The notes under the pieces are model-generated. The model was not told the origin of the DNA and ran no database searches. It saw only the letters and a list, made by a program, of their open reading frames with translations. A stretch of DNA of 64,000 bases from the NCBI GenBank assembly GCA_044507775.1, contig JBIQIY010000021.1:22766-86765 (forward strand), read 5' to 3'. Position 1 is the first letter of the stretch. Every line of letters begins with the position of its first letter. Position numbers and translations under genes: made by a program. Of this stretch, positions 1 to 10,328 are shown one piece after another. This stretch comes from Flammeovirgaceae bacterium. Its GTDB lineage: Bacteria > Bacteroidota > Bacteroidia > Cytophagales > Cyclobacteriaceae.

Positions 1-87
1 TTCAACCGGTCCAAGAAATACGAGAATGTTAAGCTTTACCTGAACAAGCCCCTTTCCCACGACAGCATTCTCAAGCTGGAAGTCTGA
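1..87 (+). CDS. C-terminal end of a response-regulator receiver domain protein (partial, runs off the window)
   Basis: Frame 1 reads FNRSKKYENVKLYLNKPLSHDSILKLEV*; 'YLNKPL' is the typical receiver KP motif near the C-terminus. Confidence 0.55.
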   Translation, partial: FNRSKKYENVKLYLNKPLSHDSILKLEV

Positions 88-125
88 GGCGCAGGTCACC
101 GGACCGATTGAACCCCTAGGGGTAA

Positions 126-1571
126 TCAGATTTCGGTAAGCAGTCTGATGAATTTTTCGTCGAGCTTGATCAGGCGCGTGGGGGCAAAATATCCCACCGA
201 TGTTGCGGTCAGCCGCGGAATGAGGCTGCCGATCTTCTTGGCCTTCTCCTTTTTCGCCTCGCTCGTTGCAATCTTAAGGATCTTCAGGAACAGCATGATG
301 TTCTCGCAGCTATCCTTTCCAAACAAGCGAATTTGCCGCTGAATGCTGTTCGATAACTGGTTGAAGAGCTCATAGTCTTTTAACAGCACGTATTGAAGGG
401 CGAGGAGTGATTTGATTTCCAGCTGGGCATAGGGGTACTTCTTCAGGCTGACCTCGTTCAGCAGGTTGTTGATCAGTTTTGCCGCCTCGTCGAACTTGTC
501 TACGTAATAACATGACAGTGCGCGGTAGAGAACGTAGATGATATGCTTGGGCACATCCTGCGCATCCACTTCAAAGTCCTCGAAGACCGTTTCATTTTCC
601 CCGTAGAGTTCCGCTTCCGTTCCATTGCGTAGATGCCGTTCAATCTTGGAGATGAGGAACTGCGCGGGGAACGTGTAGGTCGAGTAGTTGACCAGGAGGT
701 TGGCGCAGGCATCGTTTACCTCCTCAAAGTACTTCTCGGCCTGACGATAAACTTTATAGTGATTATAGTACTCGAGTTTCAGGAATTCGAACACGAGGTT
801 CAGGTGATAGTAAATGGAGTCGAGGTGGTAGCTTTCGAATATTTTCTGGACCTTGACGAAGATGTCCTCGATGGACTCGCCGTCCTGTTGCATGTTGTCG
901 TCGACTTCCACGAACAACCGGTGGAAGACATACATGCAGCTCTGGTAAACGTACAGCCGATGGGAGACGTAGAGGTTGGCCACATTCTGCATCTCCTTCA
1001 TGACGAGGGTCAATCCGAGTTTCTCGATCTCTCCACCGTTCAGGAGATAGTCCCCGAACTTTTTGAAGTAGTCGGCCAGGAGATCTTCCGCTTTGTCGAC
1101 AGCCAGCATATAAGCAACATGCCGGTTATACAGCTGCGAGTACTGGAAGTAGTCGGGCGAATTGATGTTGAGTCGCTTCAGTGATTTGTAAATGACGGTG
1201 AGCTCGTTGGCCAGGTCGTAGTCCAGGAGTTCCTTTTCCAGTTTCTTGAGGGTCGCCACCGAGATCGCCTTCTTCTTAGTGAAGAGCACTTCGTTGATAT
1301 TGGCGACCTTCCGGAGTACGTCTGTGCGCGGACTCTCCAGTTGCTCCATGAGGTACTCTTCGATCTTGAGGTTCAGCCGCGAACGCAAGGTATAATACGC
1401 GTTGGCGTTCACGTCCAGCTCCGTCATGATCTTGTTGTCAGACAGCGAGCGATCGCGAAGCGCTTTGAGGAGGTATGCGGATTTTTCTGCGTTACTTTCG
1501 ATGAGGGAGTTATAGATGGCGGTGAAATCTTTTTCCGAGAGTTGCTTGATGATATTCTTTAGCTTGGCCAT
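126..1571 (-). CDS. Conserved hypothetical helical protein (481 aa); possible N-terminal HTH-like segment and TPR-like C-terminal part
   Basis: Long ORF with protein-like composition and no signal peptide; ELDVNANAYYTLRSRL is HTH-like; helical, Tyr/Leu-rich repeats. Confidence 0.7.
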   Translation of the reverse strand: MAKLKNIIKQLSEKDFTAIYNSLIESNAEKSAYLLKALRDRSLSDNKIMTELDVNANAYYTLRSRLNLKIEEYLMEQLESPRTDVLRKVANINEVLFTKKKAISVATLKKLEKELLDYDLANELTVIYKSLKRLNINSPDYFQYSQLYNRHVAYMLAVDKAEDLLADYFKKFGDYLLNGGEIEKLGLTLVMKEMQNVANLYVSHRLYVYQSCMYVFHRLFVEVDDNMQQDGESIEDIFVKVQKIFESYHLDSIYYHLNLVFEFLKLEYYNHYKVYRQAEKYFEEVNDACANLLVNYSTYTFPAQFLISKIERHLRNGTEAELYGENETVFEDFEVDAQDVPKHIIYVLYRALSCYYVDKFDEAAKLINNLLNEVSLKKYPYAQLEIKSLLALQYVLLKDYELFNQLSNSIQRQIRLFGKDSCENIMLFLKILKIATSEAKKEKAKKIGSLIPRLTATSVGYFAPTRLIKLDEKFIRLLTEI

Positions 1572-1701
1572 GAAACGGTTTTTACAACGGAAAATTTACA
1601 AAAATTATTCTTGTAAGCAATAGAGTACGAGGGTAACATCGGGCGTAAAATTGCACTTTGGAAAGCGCTAAAACAAATAAAGGCAGGTTCAATTAACTTC
1701 G

Positions 1702-1709
1702 TATTTTTG
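1702..1709 (+). promoter_or_regulatory. Bacteroidota sigma-70 -7 element (TAnnTTTG)
   Basis: TATTTTTG about 20 bp upstream of the 1729 start. Confidence 0.45.
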
Positions 1710-1728
1710 TCTTTGGTAATATTCCGTC

Positions 1729-4326
1729 GTGATTGTAAAACCCATTTTTACATATCTGCTCGTCTTCTGCTCCGGGGTAAGTTTTGCCCAGTTCGGAGGA
1801 ATGCCCGAGAAAAGTGCCTTCAAGAACATGGAAAAACGCCGGTGGGAGAAAGCGGAACACCGGCTTCGGAAATCACTCGCCCGTGACACGCTAAACGCTT
1901 CGCTGCGTCATGCACTTTCGGTGTTTTACTTTCACCCGGAAAACCCGGCCTTTCATCTCGATTCTGCCTATCACTATGCGGTTACAGCACTTGCCGACTA
2001 TCAAGTGTCACCTCAGCGGGAGCGCGAGCGAGTGAGGCGGATGAACGTAGATTGCCTTGGGCTGACGGCGCTGCGGGCCCGGATCGACAGCGCCGCTTTC
2101 GAAGTCGCCCGGGAGAGAAACACGGAGGAATCTTACCTTGAATTTCTCAGCCACTTTCCGACAGCGATGCAAAAGGAACTGGCTGCGAAGCTGCGCGACG
2201 AAGTTGCATTTCAGGACGCGCTTGTCATTAACACACCCGAGGCATTCAACCGTTACCTTACGCGATATCCCGAATCTGTGCGGGTGCCGGAGGCGCGCGC
2301 ACGCTATGAACGCCTCCTGTATCAGGATGCGACAAGGGATCAGCGCCTCAGCAGTTTTGAAAGGTTCCTGGCTGAGCATCCGGAAACACCGTATCGCGAG
2401 GAGATCTATCGAAACATCTTTGAAATCTCGACCGCCGACGGTCACGTTGATAGCTTTCTGTCTTTTATGACGCGCTATCCTGTCAGCAATCTCGTGGCGA
2501 AAGCGGGACAGATCATCTTTTACATCCTCGCCGAGGAAGAGGAACCCAACTGGCCGGAACGCGTGCTCAACGACTCACTGCTGAATCTGCTGGATCTCAA
2601 CAAGACTTACCTGGTACCCTTCCTGAAGGACGACCGCTATGGATTCATGGATGACCGCGGGTTTGAGATCATTGAACCCGCCTACAAGACGATCCATCCG
2701 GACTACCTATGCGGACACATCACAGATGAGGTTCTGATCGTCGATAACCGCCTTGTATCGCGAAACGGGTCGACGATCTATGAGGGTGTCGTTACCGAAG
2801 TGACGGATATCGGCATCGGGTTTCTTAAAGTGGAGACCCCTCAGGGCACACGCGTTATCCACAAGGCCGGCTTTGCCTTCGCCGATAGTGTAGACGACGC
2901 GCGCATTGTCGGAAAAAACTTTGTTGCCCTTCAGAAAAATGACGCGTGGTCTCTTTATACCCTCGCGGGCAGGAAGCTCGGTGAACGCTCCTGGAACGAC
3001 ATCACGGCTATTCAGAATGTGATCGTGTTCGACGGTGGAAGGCACAAGTTTGTCTCCCTCCGGAGTGAACTTGGGAAAAGCGCAGATGGGCATCCGCTCC
3101 CGCTGTCCGAGCCCTTCGAGGAAGTAAAACACTGGACGAACGGGCTCATCTGGGGCCGGGCCGGCGACTATGAAGGTGTGCTCGACCAGTCTCTCCACGG
3201 AGTGATCCGGTTTGATAAACAACGACTGGCACAGAGCCCGTTCGGGGCGGTGGCCACGATGCCAAACGGGTTCGTTCTCTACAATTGGCAAGGAAGGAGA
3301 TCGACAATAGTCGAGCAGGTCAATATCATGGGTAAGCGCGTGGGTGTACGAAAAAACGGTGCTTGGTATCTCTTCGACCCCGCTGTGCAGGAATTCGCCA
3401 GTAAAGCATACGACACATTAACGGCTGAGGGTCCCTTCGTGATCGGCCGACGCGCTGATTCAGTTTACGTGCACTTTGCTGACAAACACTTGAAAATATT
3501 TTTCCGGCCGCAGAGCGTTGCCTTTGTCCCGGGATCGGACTCCACGTCATTTCTCGTCGTTCACGATCGCGGTAGTGACAAGATTGTCTTCGACCTCAAG
3601 GGAAGGAAGTTGTTTTCAGCGGCCTTCGACAAGATCGAGTACGCGGGAGCCGGAGTTTTTGTGGTCACGCGAAGAGACAAGAAAGGACTGCTGGGCATGA
3701 GCGGAGAGACGCTTCTCACTGCGGAGTTCGATGCCATTGGAAGCGCGCGGGACGAAGTGATCTCGCTCTTGAAGAATAAGAAGTTCGGCGCGTATCATAT
3801 TCCCGGGAGGAAACTTGTCAAGCCTAACTATGACCGGAATCTCCTCCCGTACGCAGGCTCATTCCTCATTACTTTCAAGGACGGGTACTACGGCCTTCTC
3901 GGATGGGACAGCAAGCCGGCGAGCCCGTTTGAGTTTGAAGAGATCAGCTTTTGGAACGACTCTCTTGCCCTGGTAAAAAAGGACGGCCTGTGGAACCTGT
4001 ACGACCTCGCCGCGCGCAAGACTACCGAAATTAATATGCGCAGCATCAACATGGTCCGGGATACCCGCGAAGAGAAGATCGCGATCATTCAGAAGGAGAA
4101 CCGCTATGGGGTAGTGAGCAACCACGGGCGAATTGTCATCCCGCCCACGTACTCTGATATTATAAACGTCGGATCTTCGGAGGCACCGTTGTACTTTACC
4201 GAAAGAAATATTCCGGAGGCATCCCTCTATATTGTGATCTACTATGATCGGACGGGAGAGATGCTTCGGAAAGAAATTTATGACGATTCAGCGGTTTATG
4301 ATAAAATATATTGCTCAGATCCGTAA
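1729..4326 (+). CDS. Secreted WG-repeat-containing protein
   Basis: N-terminal signal peptide; repeated YGFMD.RGFEIIEP.Y, KKGLLG.SGE.LL.AEFD and YGVVSNHGRIVIPPTY motifs. Confidence 0.8.
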   Translation: MIVKPIFTYLLVFCSGVSFAQFGGMPEKSAFKNMEKRRWEKAEHRLRKSLARDTLNASLRHALSVFYFHPENPAFHLDSAYHYAVTALADYQVSPQRERERVRRMNVDCLGLTALRARIDSAAFEVARERNTEESYLEFLSHFPTAMQKELAAKLRDEVAFQDALVINTPEAFNRYLTRYPESVRVPEARARYERLLYQDATRDQRLSSFERFLAEHPETPYREEIYRNIFEISTADGHVDSFLSFMTRYPVSNLVAKAGQIIFYILAEEEEPNWPERVLNDSLLNLLDLNKTYLVPFLKDDRYGFMDDRGFEIIEPAYKTIHPDYLCGHITDEVLIVDNRLVSRNGSTIYEGVVTEVTDIGIGFLKVETPQGTRVIHKAGFAFADSVDDARIVGKNFVALQKNDAWSLYTLAGRKLGERSWNDITAIQNVIVFDGGRHKFVSLRSELGKSADGHPLPLSEPFEEVKHWTNGLIWGRAGDYEGVLDQSLHGVIRFDKQRLAQSPFGAVATMPNGFVLYNWQGRRSTIVEQVNIMGKRVGVRKNGAWYLFDPAVQEFASKAYDTLTAEGPFVIGRRADSVYVHFADKHLKIFFRPQSVAFVPGSDSTSFLVVHDRGSDKIVFDLKGRKLFSAAFDKIEYAGAGVFVVTRRDKKGLLGMSGETLLTAEFDAIGSARDEVISLLKNKKFGAYHIPGRKLVKPNYDRNLLPYAGSFLITFKDGYYGLLGWDSKPASPFEFEEISFWNDSLALVKKDGLWNLYDLAARKTTEINMRSINMVRDTREEKIAIIQKENRYGVVSNHGRIVIPPTYSDIINVGSSEAPLYFTERNIPEASLYIVIYYDRTGEMLRKEIYDDSAVYDKIYCSDP

Positions 4327-4391
4327 TTTGCGGTTTAACCACCCCGGTATGTTTCAAAATTCTTATTAACTATATTGCTGTAAATTATCTT

Positions 4392-6038
4392 ATGAAATAC
4401 TTCATTCTATCCCTTGTCTTTCTCATCTCTACGACTGTACATGGTCAGCAAAAGAAATCCACCCAACCGCCTAAACTGGTTGTGGGTATTGTGGTAGACC
4501 AGATGCGCCATGAGTATTTGTTCCGCTTTCAATCCAAGTTTGGAAATGGCGGATTCAAAAGATTAATGAACGATGGCTTCGTCGTGAAGAACGGTCACTA
4601 CAACTACGTGCCTACCATTACAGGTCCCGGCCACGCCTCCGTTTACACAGGAAGCACACCGGCAATTCACGGTATCATCGGAAATGATTGGTATGATAAA
4701 GAAACGAAGGATGGTGTGAACTGTGTTGAAGACTCGAACTACCAGGTAGTGGGAGTGGAGAGTGGCAACGGAGACGTGGCACCTACGCGCTTGTTGTCGA
4801 CCACAGTGACGGATGAGTTGAAACTGTTTACCCAGAAACGGGCGAAGGTGATCGGAGTATCCATCAAGGATCGCGGCGCTGTTCTTCCCTCGGGCCACAT
4901 GGCTGACGGCGCGTATTGGTTCGACGGCAAATCCGGACGATTTATTACGAGCACATATTACACGACAAAGCTTCCTGACTGGGTAGAAAAGTTCAATCAG
5001 CAAAACCTTGCTGCAAAGTACGCCTCGCAAGTATGGAATACGGTTTTTCCCATCAGCCAGTACGTTGCGAGCGGACCCGATGATACCCCGTATGAGGGGA
5101 AACCGTCGGGCAAGGACAAGCCCGTTTTTCCCTATGACCTCAAGGCCCTGTCAAAACCGAATGACTACGGAATCATCTACGCAACGCCTTTCGGAAACGA
5201 CTATCTCACGGACATGGCGAAGGCCGCCATCGATGGAGAGAAGATGGGAGCCGATGAGATCACAGACTTCCTTACAATATCGTTCTCTTCCACGGATGCG
5301 CTGGGTCACGGTGTCGGACCGAATGCCGTCGAGATCGAAGACATGTACATTCGGCTGGACAGGAACATCGAGGATCTGCTGAAAACCCTCGACGCAAAAG
5401 TTGGAGCCGGAAACTACACGCTGTTTCTTACGGCGGACCATGCCGTGGCTGATGTTGCACAGTATATGATCGACAGCAGAGTACCGGCAGGAATTCTGAA
5501 CACTTCCAAATTGGGAGCCGCTCTGAATGAATATCTTCAAAAGTATTTCCCTGGGAAGAAAATAATCGAGACTGTCAGTGGAGGTCAGATATTCTTCGAT
5601 CAGGATATTTTTGAGAACGATCCCAAAGCATCGGGGGTCGAGTTGCTCATCGCCACCGAGCTTACTATCAATTTCCTGATGAAGCAGGAAGGCATTGCCA
5701 ACGCATACTCGGAGAACATTCTGCGTCAGAGTCAGTATGATGAGGGGGGTGTGAAGGGAATGGTCGTGCGCGGTTACCATCCGAAGCGCTGCGGCGATAT
5801 TGTGCTTGTGCTGGAACCCGGTTGGTATCCATCGTCAAGCACGACCGGCACAACCCACGGCTCGCCCTGGAAATACGACACGCACGTGCCGATGCTTTTT
5901 TTTGGCAACGGCATCCGCAAAGGGTCGACCGTTCAATATCATCCGATCACGGATATCGCGCCAACCATCTCAGCGTTGCTCAATATCAAATATCCTTCCG
6001 GGTGCACAGGGCAGCCCATCGCCGAAGTACTTGAATGA
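4392..6038 (+). CDS. pafA: Alkaline phosphatase, PafA family
   Basis: PKLVVGIVVDQMR, TITGPGHAS (Thr nucleophile region), SIKDRGA, SFSSTDALGH, TADH and GTTHGSP motifs; ATG at 4392 gives a clean signal peptide (ORF track starts at 4311). Confidence 0.92.
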   Translation: MKYFILSLVFLISTTVHGQQKKSTQPPKLVVGIVVDQMRHEYLFRFQSKFGNGGFKRLMNDGFVVKNGHYNYVPTITGPGHASVYTGSTPAIHGIIGNDWYDKETKDGVNCVEDSNYQVVGVESGNGDVAPTRLLSTTVTDELKLFTQKRAKVIGVSIKDRGAVLPSGHMADGAYWFDGKSGRFITSTYYTTKLPDWVEKFNQQNLAAKYASQVWNTVFPISQYVASGPDDTPYEGKPSGKDKPVFPYDLKALSKPNDYGIIYATPFGNDYLTDMAKAAIDGEKMGADEITDFLTISFSSTDALGHGVGPNAVEIEDMYIRLDRNIEDLLKTLDAKVGAGNYTLFLTADHAVADVAQYMIDSRVPAGILNTSKLGAALNEYLQKYFPGKKIIETVSGGQIFFDQDIFENDPKASGVELLIATELTINFLMKQEGIANAYSENILRQSQYDEGGVKGMVVRGYHPKRCGDIVLVLEPGWYPSSSTTGTTHGSPWKYDTHVPMLFFGNGIRKGSTVQYHPITDIAPTISALLNIKYPSGCTGQPIAEVLE

Positions 6039-6096
6039 GTTTTTGAGCGGGTCGCCGGAGCGACCCGTTAATTTTACTGACCCAGTAGCCTGACCT

Positions 6097-7527
6097 ATGT
6101 CGGAAGCGAAGTTCAAGCCAGTACTGACTCTTTGGGATGCGACGATGGTTGTAGCCGGCTCGATGATCGGCTCCGGTATATTTATTGTCAGCGCCGACAT
6201 TGTCAGAAACGTGGGAAGTGCCGGATGGCTCATAGCGGTTTGGACTATCACGGCATTCATGACGATGATCGCAGCGGTCAGCTACGGCGAGTTGAGCGGA
6301 ATGTTTCCTCGCGCCGGTGGGCAATACGTTTACCTGAAGGAAGCTTATAATCCCCTCGTCAGTTTTCTGTACGGCTGGAGTTTCTTTGCCGTCATTCAGA
6401 CTGCGACCATCGCGGCGGTAGGAGTGGCCTTCGCGCGGTTCTCCGCGTACATCTTTCCCTGGATGAGCGAAGGCAACATCCTGATCGACCTCTTGTGGTT
6501 TGACATCTCCGCCGCGCAGCTGTCGGCTATTCTTCTCATCATCTTTCTTACGTACGTGAATACGCGCGGGATCCGGGAAGGAAAGATTGTCCAGACCACT
6601 TTTACGATTTCGAAACTCCTCGCCTTGTTGGGGTTGATGCTTTGCGGATTCCTTTTTGTGGGCGATAGTTTCTGGAGTGAGAACTGGCAGACCGGACTTC
6701 ATGCGATGCAAGACCTCGGCGTGGGCGCGGCAGGCAAGCAACCCGTCGGCTGGACGGAGATCGGCGGAGTGACGCTGCTGGGTGCGGTGGCCGCTGCCAT
6801 GACCGGATCGTTGTTCAGCAGCGATGCCTGGAATAATGTGACGTTCATCGCGGGTGAAATCAGAAACCCGCAGCGCAACATCGGGCTGAGCTTATTCCTC
6901 GGAACACTCATCGTGAGCGTGCTTTACATGGCGACCAATCTCATGTACCTGCACGTGCTGCCACTGGATGCAATTGCCTTTCCAAAATCCGACCGGTTGG
7001 CGGTGGCTGCGGCTAACCAGATCTTCGGAAATCCCGGCATGCAACTGATCGCGGTGCTTATCATGATTAGCACATTCGGATGCAACAACGGACTGGTGCT
7101 CGCGGGTGCGCGCGTTTATTACACGATGGCCAAAGACAAATTATTTTTTCGTCAGGCGGGAGAGTTGAACAGGAATGCTGTGCCGGAGTGGGCGTTGTGG
7201 GCGCAATGTATCGTTGCGTCGCTGCTTTGCCTGAGTGGGGAATACGGCAACCTGCTTGACATGATATCCTTCGTGGTAGTTATTTTTTACACGCTGACGA
7301 TCGCCGGAATCTTTGTGCTCAGGAAGAAACGCCCGGATGCCCCGCGGCCTTACAAGGCTTTCGGATATCCTTTCCTGCCCGGACTTTACATTGTTATGGG
7401 AATTTCTTTCTGTAGTCTGCTGATGATCTACAAACCAACGTTCACCACGCAGGGACTGGTCATTACGCTGATCGGGATACCGCTTTATTTCATCGCCGTT
7501 GGGCGACGCCCGAAGCAGGAACCGTGA
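6097..7527 (+). CDS. APC-family amino acid permease
   Basis: GSMIGSGIF, ELSGMFPRAGGQYVYL, AGEIRNPQRN and RPYKAFGYP motifs; about 12 TM segments. Confidence 0.92.
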   Translation: MSEAKFKPVLTLWDATMVVAGSMIGSGIFIVSADIVRNVGSAGWLIAVWTITAFMTMIAAVSYGELSGMFPRAGGQYVYLKEAYNPLVSFLYGWSFFAVIQTATIAAVGVAFARFSAYIFPWMSEGNILIDLLWFDISAAQLSAILLIIFLTYVNTRGIREGKIVQTTFTISKLLALLGLMLCGFLFVGDSFWSENWQTGLHAMQDLGVGAAGKQPVGWTEIGGVTLLGAVAAAMTGSLFSSDAWNNVTFIAGEIRNPQRNIGLSLFLGTLIVSVLYMATNLMYLHVLPLDAIAFPKSDRLAVAAANQIFGNPGMQLIAVLIMISTFGCNNGLVLAGARVYYTMAKDKLFFRQAGELNRNAVPEWALWAQCIVASLLCLSGEYGNLLDMISFVVVIFYTLTIAGIFVLRKKRPDAPRPYKAFGYPFLPGLYIVMGISFCSLLMIYKPTFTTQGLVITLIGIPLYFIAVGRRPKQEP

Positions 7528-7542
7528 TCCGGGAATCTCAGA

Positions 7543-8442
7543 TCATGAACGCTGGAGCTGCCCGGCGAGAATTTTCAATCCCTCTTCAAAGGAGTGGGGT
7601 TCGTAGCCGAGTTCTTTCCGCGCTTTCTCGATAATGAATCCCGTTTTAAGCGGTCGCCTGGCGGGCTGCACAAACTTCGTGGAGTCGGTGGGCTTAATGA
7701 GGGATGAGTCCAGCTTGAAAAAATCCGCGGTTCGGATTGCGATGTCGTAAGGCGACATAAAATCTTTTCCTGAGATGTTGAAAATCCCGCTGGCTTTTTT
7801 CCGCGCCGCGAGGTAACAGCCCATCGCGAGATCTTCGGCGAGGGTTGGCGTGCGCCATTGGTCGTTTACGACCTGGATAGTCTTGTTTTGCTCGAGGCTG
7901 TTTTTGACCCAAAGGACGATATTCGACCGGCTCATGTCCTGGGTAATTCCAAACACGAGGACCGTGCGAAGGATGGCCCATGAAATCGAACTTTCCTGTA
8001 TGACTTTCTCGGCGGCGAGCTTGCTTTCGCCGTAGTAATTGACCGGTTTGGGTACTTCATTTTCATCGAGCGGACCGTGACTGCCGTCGAAGATAAAGTC
8101 TGTCGAAACATGCACCAGGTGAATATGCAGCGCCTGGCAGCATCGCACGAGATTTTCGACTGCGATGACATTTGCTTTCCAGCAGGCCTCGCGTTGCTGT
8201 TCGCAGTCATCTACCTGGGTCATTGCCGCGGTGTTAATGACTACATCCGGTTTGGTGAGCCGGAGAACTTCTTCTACGTTCCCGCGGTCGGAGATATCCA
8301 TCGGGTGATATTCGCCGCGCGCTATCCGGACAACGGACTTCCCACGTGCCGTAGCAATGAGATCTACATTCTTGTCCTGTTGCAGAAGCTGCGTAAGCTT
8401 CTGACCGAGGAGGCCGTTCGAACCTGTTACGAGTATTCTCAT
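7543..8442 (-). CDS. rfbD: dTDP-4-dehydrorhamnose reductase-like extended SDR
   Basis: MRILVTGSNGLLG, NTAAMTQVDDCE, HVSTDFIFDG, YYGESK, DQWRTPT and ARRP motifs; start reassigned to 8442. Confidence 0.85.
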   Translation of the reverse strand: MRILVTGSNGLLGQKLTQLLQQDKNVDLIATARGKSVVRIARGEYHPMDISDRGNVEEVLRLTKPDVVINTAAMTQVDDCEQQREACWKANVIAVENLVRCCQALHIHLVHVSTDFIFDGSHGPLDENEVPKPVNYYGESKLAAEKVIQESSISWAILRTVLVFGITQDMSRSNIVLWVKNSLEQNKTIQVVNDQWRTPTLAEDLAMGCYLAARKKASGIFNISGKDFMSPYDIAIRTADFFKLDSSLIKPTDSTKFVQPARRPLKTGFIIEKARKELGYEPHSFEEGLKILAGQLQRS

Positions 8443-8452
8443 CCGTCCGCTG

Positions 8453-9316
8453 CTAGTTGTCAGGATAAGTGTATCCGTAGGTCTTCTCAATTTTTCTCCT
8501 GGGCATTTCACGTACCGTGATCGTCATGCGCACGTCTTCGACAGGTCGATTGTTAGGACCGCACTCCACCGCTGCAATCCGGTCGATGACATCCAGGCCC
8601 TGGATGACTTTGCCGAACACGGTGTAGTCGCCGTCGAGCTGCGGTGTTCCGCCGACGGTCGTGTAAGCTTTGATGATTTCAGGGGAAACTTCGCGGTTAA
8701 TGGAAGTGCCGAGTTGTTGTTCGACCACGGGCTGAAGGCGTTCGAGGTACGCCTGAAATCCCTTCTCGTCGCGGTGTTGCATGAAGAAGTTGATCGAGTC
8801 GCGGTATCCCTGGTTTTCAGGTTTCTGAAAAAATTGCTGAAGTGCGCGATTGTATTTTTCCTGGTCTATCCGCAAGTGTGACTCTGATTGTTTGGTGCCT
8901 TGCACGATGTAAAACTGGCTTCCGCTGGACTCCTTTTCCGGGTTCATCTGATCGGAAAGCCGTGCTGCTGACAAGGCGCCTTTTTCGTGTATAAATTTCG
9001 GATTGAATTCCGCCGGAATGTTGTAGCCAGGCCCGCCATTTCCAAGGCGCTGACCAGCTGCCGCATGTTTGGAATCGGGGTCGCCACCCTGGATCATAAA
9101 TCCCTGAATGACGCGGTGGAACAGCAAGCTGTCATAGTAACCTTTCCCGACAAGCTTGAGAAAATTCTCTTTATGCTTGGGTGTTTCGTCGTAGAGAATG
9201 GCAATCATATCGCCATACTGCGTACTGATCGTGACCACCTGGTCCGTCTTTTGCGCGCAACCATTCACAAGTAAACTGGTTAGCGCCAAAACAACTAATA
9301 TGAATCGCTGCATCAA
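8453..9316 (-). CDS. Cyclophilin-type peptidyl-prolyl isomerase (probable lipoprotein)
   Basis: LYDETPKHKENF, FHRVIQGFMIQGGDP, SSGSQFYIVQG, LDGDYTVFGKV; lipobox-like LVNGC. Confidence 0.92.
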   Translation of the reverse strand: MMQRFILVVLALTSLLVNGCAQKTDQVVTISTQYGDMIAILYDETPKHKENFLKLVGKGYYDSLLFHRVIQGFMIQGGDPDSKHAAAGQRLGNGGPGYNIPAEFNPKFIHEKGALSAARLSDQMNPEKESSGSQFYIVQGTKQSESHLRIDQEKYNRALQQFFQKPENQGYRDSINFFMQHRDEKGFQAYLERLQPVVEQQLGTSINREVSPEIIKAYTTVGGTPQLDGDYTVFGKVIQGLDVIDRIAAVECGPNNRPVEDVRMTITVREMPRRKIEKTYGYTYPDN

Positions 9317-9328
9317 ACCTTAACTCTT

Positions 9329-9355
9329 TAACTTATAACTTATAACTTACAACTT
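9329..9355. repeat. Heptamer tandem repeat (TAACTTA)3 + CAACTT overlapping the hemC stop codon
   Basis: taacttataacttataacttacaactt read directly. Confidence 0.8.
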
Positions 9356-10273
9356 TCTCCTGATCTCACGGAGAATACGGTCTCCCCCCTTCGCCAAAAC
9401 TTCATTAGCAATCCCCTTGCCCAATTCCTTGCCTTCTTCAATCGGGGCTGATTTTTTTATTTTGATCAGTTCCTTGCCGTCAAGGGAAATAATGCCGGCT
9501 TTCAGGGTGACCGTCTGTCCTTCGAGCCATGCATAACCGAAAGAGGGTATGCTGCACCCTCCTTCGAGCGTTTTCAGAAAAGCCCGTTCGGCGCGGAGGC
9601 AATCTTCGGTATTAACATCGTTTACCCAGCGCCGGATAATCTCCTTTTTTTCGAAGCTGAGTTTCTTGTGGCACTCGACCGCGATGGTGCCCTGGCCCAC
9701 AGGTGGAACAAAGTAGCTGGTGTCGATCCGCTCGGTGATCAAATGGTCGTATTCCATCCGGTGCACGCCGGCGAATGCCAGGATCAGCGCATCGCACTCA
9801 CCGGCATCCAGTTTTGCCAGTCGCGTTTGTAGATTTCCCCGGATGGAGACGGTATTCGCTTGCGGATAAAAATGCTTCACAAAGGCAATGCGGCGGGTAG
9901 ACGAAGTGCCGATCGTCACAGTTTGCCGGTCGAGCGTGAGTTGCTTGTCGCGGCTGATGACGACGTCGTTGGGAACTTCGCGCTCCGTAAAGGCGATGAG
10001 TTCAAGTTCATCCGGCATGTAGGATGAGACATCTTTTGCGCTGTGCACGGCTACGTCAATAGTGCCCTGCAGAAGCTGTTCTTCGATCTCTTCCGTAAAT
10101 ACGCCCTTGCTTCCGATCTTGGCAATCGAAACGCTTAGCATTTTGTCGCCACGCGTTTCAATGGGAACGATCTCCGTGCGATAACCAGACGCGCGGATCA
10201 GGTCAGCCACGTGATTTGCCTGCCATAAGGCAAGCTTGCTGGCGCGGGTGCCTATGCGGATAGTCTCATTCAT
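9347..10273 (-). CDS. hemC: Hydroxymethylbilane synthase (porphobilinogen deaminase)
   Basis: IGTRASKLALWQA, GSKGVFTEE, AVHSAKD, GTSSTRR, RGNLQTRLAKLD, LEGGCSIP. Confidence 0.96.
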   Translation of the reverse strand: MNETIRIGTRASKLALWQANHVADLIRASGYRTEIVPIETRGDKMLSVSIAKIGSKGVFTEEIEEQLLQGTIDVAVHSAKDVSSYMPDELELIAFTEREVPNDVVISRDKQLTLDRQTVTIGTSSTRRIAFVKHFYPQANTVSIRGNLQTRLAKLDAGECDALILAFAGVHRMEYDHLITERIDTSYFVPPVGQGTIAVECHKKLSFEKKEIIRRWVNDVNTEDCLRAERAFLKTLEGGCSIPSFGYAWLEGQTVTLKAGIISLDGKELIKIKKSAPIEEGKELGKGIANEVLAKGGDRILREIRRKL

Positions 10274-10328
10274 GGTCGGAACGTGAAGCGTGAATCGTCG
10301 GTCGTGAATAGTTTCTCATTATCATTTA

